DNA of 32,000 bases from Thermofilum pendens Hrk 5 (lineage in GTDB: Archaea; Thermoproteota; Thermoprotei; Thermofilales; Thermofilaceae): contig NC_008698.1 of NCBI RefSeq assembly GCF_000015225.1, forward strand, positions 870,001 through 902,000, in the 5' to 3' direction. The notes beneath the pieces are model-generated. The model searched no databases, was not told where the DNA came from, and worked only from the letters and a program-made list of their open reading frames with translations. The translations under genes were made by a program, and so were the position numbers. Positions 14,831 through 22,692 of this stretch are shown here, piece after piece (the first letter of the stretch is position 1; each line of letters opens with the position of its first letter).

Positions 14831-16465
14831 ATGATGAATAAAAAACACCTTTTCCTAGCAGCCATAGCCGTACTAGCACTCTTCCTAGCAACAGCGAGCG
14901 CAGAGCCCGCCTTGAGAAGCTGGAGCGGCACCCCGCCACCCAAGGCTCCCGGGATCACGGTCAGCGCCGGAGAAGTAATAATAACGGACCCCCCGAATGA
15001 TCAGTACAAGTATTATCGGCCTGACTGGAACTGGCCTATTACGAGTGACTTGGACGTTCTCGAGGCTAGGCTTTACAGCGACGGGCAATACCTATACCTA
15101 AGGTTCAAGTTCCAAACACTGAAGAACAAGTACAGCCCCTACGTCATGGTTGTAATGGATTTCACTCCAGATAACCCCAACGACGGGTTCGATTACTGGT
15201 TGCCGGACTGGTCTGACACTAAGCTTCCTTGGAAGTGGGACGCCATAGTCGGGGTGAACCTGGGCAAGTACGAGACACAGCCCTTCGTATTCGACCATAG
15301 CTGGAACCCCAAGCCCGTCGGGCAACTGGAAGTCGACCAGCAGAACGCCGTCATAGAGGCCAAAGTCCCCGTTTCAGAGCTACCCGGCTTCCCCCTCAAC
15401 GGCAAGGTCAAGGTGGTCATACTGGTCTTTGCCAACGACTATGGAGGCATCTGGGACCCAGGGAAGAAGAAAGCCTACGACCCCGAAGTCGGAGTCTGGA
15501 TAGACGACTCCTTCTTCTACGCTAGCAACGTGTACGACATCGCCGGCCAAACACCCACATACGCGGAGGTCTATGGTGGCTGGAGCAACGGCGTACAGGA
15601 AGTAGCAGTCTACTACACCGTTACGACATCTCAGGGAACGTTCACATCCACAACCCTCGGTAGGAAAGTCTCCTACGCCAGGAGCCTTGTCCCCATGAAG
15701 CTGATATACCCGCCACTACCCGGGAGTCTCAGAGCCTGGAGCGGCAAACCACTCCCACCCGCACCGGGCTACGGCGTCGTAGACAACGAAGCAGTACTCA
15801 CAGACCCTGCTGGTGACCAGTACAAGTATTATCGGCCTGACTGGAACTGGCCTATTACGAGTGACTTGGACGTTCTCGAGGCTAGGCTTTACAGCGACGG
15901 GCAATACCTATACCTAAGGTTCAAGCTGTCGCAGCTCAGCAACGAGTACTCGCCGTACATAATGGTGGTGATGGATTTCACTCCAGACAACCCCAACGAC
16001 GGGTTCAACGACTGGTTGCCAGACTGGTCTGACACTAAGCTTCCTTGGAAGTGGGACGCCATAGTCGGGGTGAACCTGGGCAAGTACGAGACACAGCCCT
16101 TCGTATTCGACCATAGCTGGAACCCCAAGCCCGTCGGGCAACTCGCTATCAACAAGTCGCAGGGAGTCATAGAGGCGAAGGTACCGCTCTCAGCGCTACC
16201 GGGCTTCCCCTCGAACGGCAAGATAAAGTACACAATAGTAGTCTTCGCAAACAGCTTTGGAGGCATCTGGGATCCCGGCGAGAATAAAGCTGTAGACCCG
16301 TCTACCGGCAAGACCATAACGAATAACGACTACGCTAGCGACGTGTACGACATCGCCGGCCAGGCGCCAACGAGCGCAGAAGTATATGGTAACCAGGACA
16401 CGGTTAAAACGGCCTTCGTTGCTTCGACTTCCGGAGGTCTCTTCGTGGGAGTCTCTCCGGCTTAA
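14831..16465 (+). CDS. Secreted tandem-repeat protein, probable carbohydrate-binding surface protein
   Basis: 544 aa. Signal peptide MMNKKHLFLAAIAVLALFLATASA. Two ~270-aa modules. The DPPNDQYKYYRP...DLDVLEARLYSDGQYLYLRFKF...VMVVMDF pattern is reminiscent of glucodextranase-C-like domains, and this functional call is weak. Adjacent to the GH57 gene. Confidence 0.7.
   Translation: MMNKKHLFLAAIAVLALFLATASAEPALRSWSGTPPPKAPGITVSAGEVIITDPPNDQYKYYRPDWNWPITSDLDVLEARLYSDGQYLYLRFKFQTLKNKYSPYVMVVMDFTPDNPNDGFDYWLPDWSDTKLPWKWDAIVGVNLGKYETQPFVFDHSWNPKPVGQLEVDQQNAVIEAKVPVSELPGFPLNGKVKVVILVFANDYGGIWDPGKKKAYDPEVGVWIDDSFFYASNVYDIAGQTPTYAEVYGGWSNGVQEVAVYYTVTTSQGTFTSTTLGRKVSYARSLVPMKLIYPPLPGSLRAWSGKPLPPAPGYGVVDNEAVLTDPAGDQYKYYRPDWNWPITSDLDVLEARLYSDGQYLYLRFKLSQLSNEYSPYIMVVMDFTPDNPNDGFNDWLPDWSDTKLPWKWDAIVGVNLGKYETQPFVFDHSWNPKPVGQLAINKSQGVIEAKVPLSALPGFPSNGKIKYTIVVFANSFGGIWDPGENKAVDPSTGKTITNNDYASDVYDIAGQAPTSAEVYGNQDTVKTAFVASTSGGLFVGVSPA
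15002..15327 (+). repeat. Intragenic repeat block, copy 1 (identity patches 15002..15109 and 15155..15327)
   Basis: 15002..15109 is 108/108 identical to 15818..15925. 15155..15327 matches 15971..16143 with about 6 mismatches, including a >120-nt exact run. The ~45-nt spacer and the rest of the module are diverged. Confidence 0.95.
15818..16143 (+). repeat. Intragenic repeat block, copy 2
   Basis: Offset exactly 816 nt from copy 1. The mirrored antisense ORFs in the track (14885..15088/15716..15904 and 15098..15325/15914..16141) are a by-product. Confidence 0.95.
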
Positions 16466-17442
16466 AAAACTAGTTTTTTGTTTTTTCCTTCCATGTACAC
16501 TTCTTTTATGCAGTTGTAGTCGCTCACGACTACTACCTTCTGGGGGTCTACGCCCGCTCCTGTCTTCGCTGCTTCCAGCGCCTTCTCCAGAGCTTGTCTA
16601 AGAGAGGTCGCCCTGAACAAGGCGCCGGCGGCGAACTTGTGTCCTCCACCGCCGAGCCGGGAGGCTACTGTCGAGGCGTCGTAGCTGGACTCGGGCTGGG
16701 CGCCCGCGTACACCCTGTACTTGAACAGCCCGCGCGGCACCAGGACGAGCGTGAACTTCGCGCCCCGTCTCTCCAGGAGTATCGTCAGGTACCTGTACGA
16801 GAGCTTGAGCCTCTTCCGGAAAGCGACTACTGTGACCTCCTCTACTGGGATCTTCTCGGCGAGGGACTCTGTCCTCAACCTGACTTCCTCGTGCCTAGCT
16901 ATCCACTCCTTCACCTTTTCGTCGTTCAGCGCGTCCAGCCCCTTCTCGGCGAGGAGCCTGACCAGGTACAGCTTCCCCCTGTACCCCGCCCCCTTGACCG
17001 CCGAGTCTAGTAGCAAGGCCTCCCTCGACTTGATGTTAGCGGTGTCCGTCTCCACGGCTAGCTCTACGAGGCGGGTAGCCGTGGCGTTGCCTTCGAGCGA
17101 GAGTGCCTTGTAGGCGAGTAGCGCGGAGGCTGGCGCCGACGGGTCGTAGTACTCCTCGTCGGCGCACGGCGTGTTCGTGACGTGGTGGTCTGCCCTCAGC
17201 TTCGCCTTGCCGGGGCACGGGAGGTCGGCGACGAAGTCCCAGTAAACACGCCTGAGGATAGGGCTCCTAGCCACGTCCGTTGGGTGAGCGAGGACGATCT
17301 CCGCGGACGGCCTCGAGATCTTGAAGAGCGTCGCGCTCACTACCCCGTCTACGTCGCCCGCGTCCGAGAGCGCCAAGGGGCGCTTCTCGATGAGGGCCCT
17401 CGCTATCTGGTACGCCCTGTACAGCGACACGTAGAGAGACAC
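16462..17442 (-). CDS. DHH/DHHA1-family phosphoesterase (NrnA-like nanoRNase/pAp phosphatase type)
   Basis: 326 aa, GTG start. Motifs GDVDGV, ADHH, ETDTANI, GGGGHKFAAGA. Preceded by a perfect GGAGGTG Shine-Dalgarno (minus strand, 17449..17455) and a TTTATAAG element at 17477..17484. Confidence 0.8.
   Translation of the reverse strand: MSLYVSLYRAYQIARALIEKRPLALSDAGDVDGVVSATLFKISRPSAEIVLAHPTDVARSPILRRVYWDFVADLPCPGKAKLRADHHVTNTPCADEEYYDPSAPASALLAYKALSLEGNATATRLVELAVETDTANIKSREALLLDSAVKGAGYRGKLYLVRLLAEKGLDALNDEKVKEWIARHEEVRLRTESLAEKIPVEEVTVVAFRKRLKLSYRYLTILLERRGAKFTLVLVPRGLFKYRVYAGAQPESSYDASTVASRLGGGGHKFAAGALFRATSLRQALEKALEAAKTGAGVDPQKVVVVSDYNCIKEVYMEGKNKKLVF
16474..16486 (+). terminator. Two T6 runs (TTTTTTGTTTTTT) after the repeat-protein gene
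   Basis: Starts 9 nt after stop 16465. Overlaps the 3' end of the convergent DHH gene. Confidence 0.4.
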
Positions 17443-17494
17443 GGCGGAACACCTCCCAACACTCCTACATCCCAGCTTATAAAGCCTTGGGCGC

Positions 17495-18625
17495 CTAGCC
17501 TATCACGGCGAGCTCCTTTATCAGCCTTCCCTCCTTGAACCTGGCGAGCGTCAGCCGGGCGGCTTCCTCCGATTTGGGCTTCCCCGACTTGATCCACTCG
17601 GCGAGCTCCTCCGCTACTACGGGCGCCATCATGAAGCCATGGCCGCTGAAGCCCGTTGCAACGTAGAGGTTTTCGACTCCGTCGACGGGGCCCAGTATTG
17701 GGTGGTGGTCGGGTGTCACCTCGTAGTACCCGACCCAGTACCTCAGTATGTTCGCCCCGGGAAGCCACGTGAGCCACTTGCTCCAAGTCGACACGACTTT
17801 CTCGAGGAACTCCAGCTTCACGACAGGCCTCGCGAAGGGCTCCTCCTCCACTTCTACGCCCATCAACACGTGGCCGTGGAACGTTTGAACCGCGTAGGCC
17901 CCAGTCTCGACGTCTATTATCAGCGGGTCGAACAGCCTCCCGAACTCCTCGGTCAGAGCGGCGTGGTGAGGTACAGGCGCGAGCGGTAACTCGACCCCGG
18001 ACCTCCGGAGCAGGAACACCGACTCCGCGCCGGCGGCTACCACCACGCTCCTCGCCGGAATGAGCTCGTTGCCCACAACTACGCCCCTCGCCTCGCCCCT
18101 CTCCACGCGGACGCTATCGACCTCTCTTCCAACCGCGAACTCCACTCCGAGGCTCCTGGCCGCCAGGAATTGCTTGTACACAGCGTCGAATGGGCTAGCC
18201 TTGCCGGCCAGCGGGTCGTAGAGGGCGGCCACCATGCTCGACGTGTCGACGTAGGGGGCAACTCTCTTCACGAAGTCCTCGTCTACGAACCGCGTCTCCA
18301 CGCCGAAGCTGTTGTGCACCCTGGAGTACTCCTTGAACCTCTCGACGTCCCGCTCGCGCGAGATGAGCCACAGGTACCCGCTCCTCTCGTACTTCACCCC
18401 GAGCTTCTCCCTGAGCTCCCCCCAGAGCTCTATGCTCCTCTTCATGAGCACGATGTGCTCCCTGCTCGTGAAGCTGGCCCTTATCCCGCCGGCGCACCTG
18501 AAGGTTGAGCCGCCGCCGAGGTAGCCCTTCTCCAGGAGGAGTACCCTGCCCGCCCCCTCCTCGGCTAGCCTGTACGCGAGCGAGACTCCCACTATACCGC
18601 CGCCCACTATCACCACGTCATACAT
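17495..18625 (-). CDS. FAD-dependent amine dehydrogenase/oxidase beta subunit (sarcosine oxidase beta / L-proline dehydrogenase beta-like)
   Basis: 376 aa. DVVIVGGGIVGVSLAYRLAE dinucleotide fold, DAO-family layout. ATG overlaps the upstream stop by 8 nt. GGTGAGGAAGG Shine-Dalgarno upstream. Confidence 0.85.
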   Translation of the reverse strand: MYDVVIVGGGIVGVSLAYRLAEEGAGRVLLLEKGYLGGGSTFRCAGGIRASFTSREHIVLMKRSIELWGELREKLGVKYERSGYLWLISRERDVERFKEYSRVHNSFGVETRFVDEDFVKRVAPYVDTSSMVAALYDPLAGKASPFDAVYKQFLAARSLGVEFAVGREVDSVRVERGEARGVVVGNELIPARSVVVAAGAESVFLLRRSGVELPLAPVPHHAALTEEFGRLFDPLIIDVETGAYAVQTFHGHVLMGVEVEEEPFARPVVKLEFLEKVVSTWSKWLTWLPGANILRYWVGYYEVTPDHHPILGPVDGVENLYVATGFSGHGFMMAPVVAEELAEWIKSGKPKSEEAARLTLARFKEGRLIKELAVIG

Positions 18626-18887
18626 CCTTCCTCACCTTGAGGAACAGCGAGGCTGGCGCAGGCTCGACCGGTGGGCGCACGCTGACGTAGCCCAGCTTCT
18701 CCGGCGGGACGCCGAGCCTCCGGGACAGTATGGACAAGAGTATGGGGACGCAGTAGCGCCCCTGGCACGGCCCCATGCCCACCCTGAGGAAGCGCTTCAG
18801 GCTTTCGAGGTCTGTGAACCCCATCTCTATCGCCTTCTCGACGTCCTCGACAGTCACTCTCTCGCACATACACACGTACGCCTTCAT
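18618..18887 (-). CDS. Small BFD-like [2Fe-2S] subunit of the amine dehydrogenase complex
   Basis: Track ORF 18618..19157 trimmed to ATG 18887 (MKAYVCMCERVTVEDVEKAIEMGFTDLESLKRFLRVGMGPCQGRYC...), 89 aa. ATGA start/stop overlap with the upstream gene. Confidence 0.7.
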   Translation of the reverse strand: MKAYVCMCERVTVEDVEKAIEMGFTDLESLKRFLRVGMGPCQGRYCVPILLSILSRRLGVPPEKLGYVSVRPPVEPAPASLFLKVRKDV

Positions 18888-19360
18888 CTCGCCGCCCGGC
18901 GTACCGCCCTCACCTCCATCAAGAGGTTCTCGGGGACACTCACCGTTACCACCTGCGTCTTGTTCACCTCGAACACCCTGATAACAGTGCCCTCGCCCAC
19001 CACCCTGCCCTCCCTGTCCAGCAGCTCGACGGTGTCCCCCCTCCTGAGCCTCGGGAGGAACTCGTAGGGAACGGTTACCGCCGCCCCCCTGCTGAGGTCC
19101 AACAAGAACATCGCCTGCCCCGGGCACACACCCACGCATACACCGCACCCCGTGCACCTGTCCCAGTCTATCCTCGGCCTACCCCTGAGCCCCTCGACCC
19201 TGATAGCCTTCACCGGGCACGCCGACTCGCAAACGTTGCAGGGTATCTCCTCGATGCACTCGGTGACCGCGACCGCCCCCCTGATCAGCCTCTCCCTGGG
19301 GGGAACGAGCCCCATCGACTCCAGCTCTCCAGCCGAGACTACGCCGCTACGCCTGAACAC
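18884..19360 (-). CDS. Ferredoxin-like (4Fe-4S) subunit of the amine dehydrogenase complex
   Basis: 158 aa. CNVCESACP and CTGCGVCVGVCP cluster motifs. GTG 19360 overlaps the alpha gene by 14 nt (alternative ATG at 19315). Confidence 0.7.
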   Translation of the reverse strand: MFRRSGVVSAGELESMGLVPPRERLIRGAVAVTECIEEIPCNVCESACPVKAIRVEGLRGRPRIDWDRCTGCGVCVGVCPGQAMFLLDLSRGAAVTVPYEFLPRLRRGDTVELLDREGRVVGEGTVIRVFEVNKTQVVTVSVPENLLMEVRAVRRAAR

Positions 19361-20756
19361 CGACGCTCACCCTGCGTATACCCTCCACGACGCGCGCGGA
19401 GAAGGGAGTCCTCCTGGTCTCGTCGAGCATCCTCAGAGCCTTCTCCCTCTCCTCCACGAGCTCACCCCTCTCCCCGAGGATCCTTATCGCGGCCGAGAGC
19501 CCCGCCACCCTGCCCGTCAGCAGGGCGGTCGTAGCCTCCTCGATCCCCGAGGCGTCCCCCGCCACGTACACCCCGGGGATACTGGTCTCCATGTACCTGT
19601 CCCGGTACGGCACGTAGCCTCCAAGCTCGGTCGACCACGTCATCCTGGCACCCATCTCCGCGAGCAACCTGGACTCAGGGGTCAGCCCCACGGCTAGGAG
19701 CAGGAGGTCCGCCTCTACGCTCCTCTCGTACTCCTTCAGCGGCTGGAAGTCCTTCCCGACCCTCGAGATGACCACCCTCTCGACTCTCCCCCTGCCCTCA
19801 GCCCTCACGACAGTGTGCTCCGTGAGTATGGGGACGCCCAGCCTCCTCAGCTTCGCCGCGTGGACGAACCAGCCTCCTATCTCCGGCCTAACCTCCACGA
19901 CGGCCTCTACGCTTACGCCGGCCTGGAGGAGCTGGTAGGAGACTATCAGCCCGACGTTCCCCGCGCCGACGACCACCGCCTTCTCGCCGGGCTTTACCCC
20001 GTACTCGTTCATCAGCGTCTGGGCAGCGCCGGCGCCCATCACGCCTGGAAGCGTGTTCCCCGGAAAGGGCAGGAACCTCTCGACAGCCCCCGTGCCCACG
20101 ACGACTGCCTTAGCCCTAACCCTGAGCAACCTCCCGCCCTCGTTCACCGCGAAGACCCCCTCCCCGAACCAGCCCAGGACGGGGGACCTCGTGTGGATCT
20201 TCACGCCAGCCCTCTCCGCCTCGGATACGAGCCTCTCCGCTATCTGGAAGCCCCTCAACCCCCCGAAGAGCTCGCCGCTCCCGAAGAACTTGTGCGTCTG
20301 CTTCACGAGCTGGCCGCCGGGTCGGAAATGCCGCTCGAACACGTGTACCTCCAGGCCGGCGGAAGCGCTGGCGAGGGCGGCCGAGAGACCGGCAGGCCCG
20401 GAACCAATTACCATCACGTCGACGTCCAGCTCGCCCGCCTCGCCCGCCTCCCCGACAACCCCAGACGGTAGCGGCTTATCCTCCCTCTCGACGACAGCGC
20501 CGTCCCTCACGGGCTCGAGGCAAGCCCTAACCCTGCTTCTGCCGTCTACGCGCACCATGCAACCCGAGCAGTAGCCTATCATGCAGAAAGGGCCCTGGGG
20601 CCCTTGCTCCCCGCGCCGGAAATCCCTGATCCCCGAAGCCCAGAGAGCCGCCGCTATGCTTTCCCCCTCGAAAGCCTCTACCTCTTCGCCGTCGAAGCGG
20701 AACTTTACGGGGGAGCCCCGCCTGAACTCCAGTATGGGATGCTCCGTTATTCTCAC
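19347..20756 (-). CDS. Alpha subunit: 2Fe-2S-like N-domain plus FAD/NAD(P) pyridine-nucleotide oxidoreductase (SoxA/HcnB/PDH-alpha-like)
   Basis: 469 aa, GTG start. N-terminal FDGEEVEAFEGESIAAAL...CMIGYCSGCMVRVDG. Two Rossmann signatures (VIGSGPAGLSAAL, VVGAGNVGL). Confidence 0.85.
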   Translation of the reverse strand: MRITEHPILEFRRGSPVKFRFDGEEVEAFEGESIAAALWASGIRDFRRGEQGPQGPFCMIGYCSGCMVRVDGRSRVRACLEPVRDGAVVEREDKPLPSGVVGEAGEAGELDVDVMVIGSGPAGLSAALASASAGLEVHVFERHFRPGGQLVKQTHKFFGSGELFGGLRGFQIAERLVSEAERAGVKIHTRSPVLGWFGEGVFAVNEGGRLLRVRAKAVVVGTGAVERFLPFPGNTLPGVMGAGAAQTLMNEYGVKPGEKAVVVGAGNVGLIVSYQLLQAGVSVEAVVEVRPEIGGWFVHAAKLRRLGVPILTEHTVVRAEGRGRVERVVISRVGKDFQPLKEYERSVEADLLLLAVGLTPESRLLAEMGARMTWSTELGGYVPYRDRYMETSIPGVYVAGDASGIEEATTALLTGRVAGLSAAIRILGERGELVEEREKALRMLDETRRTPFSARVVEGIRRVSVGVQA

Positions 20757-20778
20757 AATAAAAACGTTTCTAAGTAAG

Positions 20779-20786
20779 AATAAATA
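20779..20786 (-). promoter_or_regulatory. TATA box (minus-strand TATTTATT) for the four-gene flavoenzyme operon
   Basis: Centred ~27 bp upstream of GTG 20756, in an AT-rich divergent intergenic region. Confidence 0.45.
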
Positions 20787-20864
20787 TTTTTTGGCTCAGC
20801 CATTTGCCGAGAGATTCAAATGTATCTAAGGCTTGGAAAAAATCCATGCATACGATGGAAAAGG

Positions 20865-20872
20865 ATTTATTC
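20865..20872 (+). promoter_or_regulatory. TATA box ATTTATTC
   Basis: Centred ~28 bp upstream of ATG 20897. Confidence 0.45.
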
Positions 20873-20896
20873 CCCGTTTAGCAAGGCTTTCCACAA

Positions 20897-21331
20897 ATGT
20901 ACGTAAAGATAGACATTGACAAAATTAAAGAAAGGTTCGCCGGCGAGCTAGCGCGGCTACTCCGCGAAGGCTACACCCTGAAGTACGCGGTAGCCCTCGC
21001 CGTCGCGGAGTCGCTGAAGGGCTACGACTGGGTCCGAGGGGTGTACTACTCGGAGATAAGCCTAGGCGAGTTCGTCGAGGGAGAGTGTATAGACGGGAGG
21101 GACGTAGACGTACTCGTAGAGACGCGCATAGGGGTGAAAAGCCTGAGCAGCAGGCTCGAGGCAGAGCTCGAGGAGGCTTTCAACGAGGTCCTCTCCAGCC
21201 TCGCGCCGAGAGAATCGCGCCACAAGCTACTAGAGGTGCACGTGGACGACGTCTACGTGAGGGCAGTCGCGAGCGCCGCTAGGCTCGGGAAAACGCCCCA
21301 CAACGCCCTACCGCTATTCGCGAGGGAATAA
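20897..21331 (+). CDS. Minimal nucleotidyltransferase-fold (Pol-beta superfamily) protein, divergent GE variant, paralog 1
   Basis: 144 aa. SLGEFVEGECIDGRDVDVLVE fits hG[GS]-x10-DhDh spacing with G-E in place of G-S, and EVHVDDVYV is a candidate third acidic strand. Clear paralog of the next gene. Confidence 0.55.
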   Translation: MYVKIDIDKIKERFAGELARLLREGYTLKYAVALAVAESLKGYDWVRGVYYSEISLGEFVEGECIDGRDVDVLVETRIGVKSLSSRLEAELEEAFNEVLSSLAPRESRHKLLEVHVDDVYVRAVASAARLGKTPHNALPLFARE

Positions 21332-21342
21332 GTCTCTCAAGC

Positions 21343-21350
21343 TTTATATT
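21343..21350 (+). promoter_or_regulatory. TATA box TTTATATT
   Basis: Centred ~26 bp upstream of GTG 21372. Confidence 0.45.
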
Positions 21351-21371
21351 CCCGGCTAAGGCGTTATCAGT

Positions 21372-21884
21372 GTGGACGCGCTGGCTTCCAGAGTCGAGGA
21401 GGAGCTTAAGAGTAGACTAGCCGAGGTTGTCAGGGAGTCGCTACGCAGAGTCGAGCTCCAGAGGGTTGAGGGGACCTACGTCTACGCCAGGAACTACGAC
21501 CTCCTGAAGTACAGGGTGGCGAAGGCGATAGCATCGTCCCTCTCGGTTATCGACTGCTTGGAGGGCGTCTACTACGCGGACATAGCTTCAGGCGAGTACA
21601 TAACGGGCCAGGTCTACTTCGGCAGGGACGTCGACGTGATAGTACTGCTAGACGAGGGTGGATGCCCCTGGGCGCCCGGGCTTCTCAAGAGAGTGGAGAG
21701 GGTAGCCAACGCTGTGATAGCGGAGGTCGCCAAGAGGGAGGGCGCAGGGTGGCTCGCCGACATAGCGGAGACCAACGGGGTCGTCGAGATACACTTCGAC
21801 GATATCTACGTGAAGATGGTTCGCGACAAGAAGTCGAGGGGAAGCCTCTCGGACCTCAACGTCATCGAAGTAACCCAGCGGTAG
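21372..21884 (+). CDS. Minimal nucleotidyltransferase-fold protein, divergent GE variant, paralog 2
   Basis: 170 aa. ASGEYITGQVYFGRDVDVIVLL and VEIHFDDIYV align with paralog 1 (GVYYSEISLGE/GVYYADIASGE). Confidence 0.55.
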   Translation: MDALASRVEEELKSRLAEVVRESLRRVELQRVEGTYVYARNYDLLKYRVAKAIASSLSVIDCLEGVYYADIASGEYITGQVYFGRDVDVIVLLDEGGCPWAPGLLKRVERVANAVIAEVAKREGAGWLADIAETNGVVEIHFDDIYVKMVRDKKSRGSLSDLNVIEVTQR

Positions 21885-21891
21885 CGAGAAA

Positions 21892-21899
21892 AATATAAA
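21892..21899 (+). promoter_or_regulatory. TATA box AATATAAA
   Basis: Centred ~27 bp upstream of ATG 21922. Confidence 0.45.
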
Positions 21900-21921
21900 C
21901 GTCGCGCGCATTAAGTGGCAC

Positions 21922-22665
21922 ATGATACTCCTCTATACCTCGGAGAACCACAGGGTGGCGGTTTTCAGGGAGCTAACGCCGAAAGGGCAGGTACAGACAA
22001 ACCAGTTCATCATCGTCGACGGGGACGAAGCCCTCTTGGCGGATACAAGCGGGAGGGCTGTCTTCGCGAAGCTCCTCTCTCAAGTCTCCGTGCTCGCTCC
22101 ACCAACCAAGGTGAAGTACCTGTTCTACACGCACCAGGACCCAGACGTCATTGGGGCGGCAGCGAGCTGGTACACCGCTCTTCCAAACGCGAAGATAGTG
22201 TTGCCCGAGCTGTGGGTAAGGTTCCTCCCGCACGTCTTCCCGCCGGACGTGAACATTGAGAACAGAGTCGTACCAGTCGGCGACAGCGGGGCAGAGCTAC
22301 AGCTCGGAAACTGCACCCTCAAGCTCATACCGGCTCACTTCCTCCACTCCCCCGGCAACTTCAGCCTCTACGACCCCTGCTCGAAGATCCTCTACAGCGG
22401 AGACGTCCTTGCATCCCTGTTGCCGCCCGACAAGGACTACGACTTCGCGCCGAGCTTCGAGGAACACGTGAAGTACATGGAGCCGTTCCACAAGCGGTAC
22501 ATGGCGTCCGGGAAAGCCCTCAAAGCTTGGGTATCAAGGGTGAAAGCCCTCGACGTGGAAACAATAGTCCCGCAGCACGGAGCAATTTTAAAGTCCAAGG
22601 AGGTAGTCCAAAAAGCTCTCGCATGGCTCGAAAACCTCGAGGCCGGAGTAGACCTACTCTACTAA
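21922..22665 (+). CDS. Metallo-beta-lactamase-fold protein with flavodiiron/ODP-like metal motif
   Basis: 247 aa. YTHQDPDVIG (H-x-D-x-D in place of HxHxDH / HxExDH), AHFLHSPG, LYSGDVL and VPQHGAIL occur in the order of MBL/FDP metal ligands. No flavodoxin domain. Confidence 0.6.
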   Translation: MILLYTSENHRVAVFRELTPKGQVQTNQFIIVDGDEALLADTSGRAVFAKLLSQVSVLAPPTKVKYLFYTHQDPDVIGAAASWYTALPNAKIVLPELWVRFLPHVFPPDVNIENRVVPVGDSGAELQLGNCTLKLIPAHFLHSPGNFSLYDPCSKILYSGDVLASLLPPDKDYDFAPSFEEHVKYMEPFHKRYMASGKALKAWVSRVKALDVETIVPQHGAILKSKEVVQKALAWLENLEAGVDLLY

Positions 22666-22677
22666 GCACACGTAAGG

Positions 22678-22684
22678 TTTTTAA
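22678..22684 (+). promoter_or_regulatory. Upstream TATA candidate TTTTTAA for the permuted tRNA transcript
   Basis: Centre +27 predicts a TSS near 22708, i.e. at the first base of the leader helix (22709). Confidence 0.4.
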
Positions 22685-22692
22685 CCCTCTCT

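Noticed and set aside
11399-16143. Possibility that the near-identical repeats are a CRISPR array or a mobile-element remnant
   Set aside because: The repeats are 108-173 nt, occur only twice each, are in-frame inside two long ORFs and encode homologous protein modules. There is no short repeat-spacer periodicity, no cas genes and no transposase.
18888-19157. N-terminal 90-aa extension of the BFD-like subunit ORF (track 18618..19157)
   Set aside because: The extension is Gly/Arg/Gln-rich junk read in another frame of the upstream ferredoxin-like gene. ATG 18887 forms an ATGA overlap with that gene's stop.
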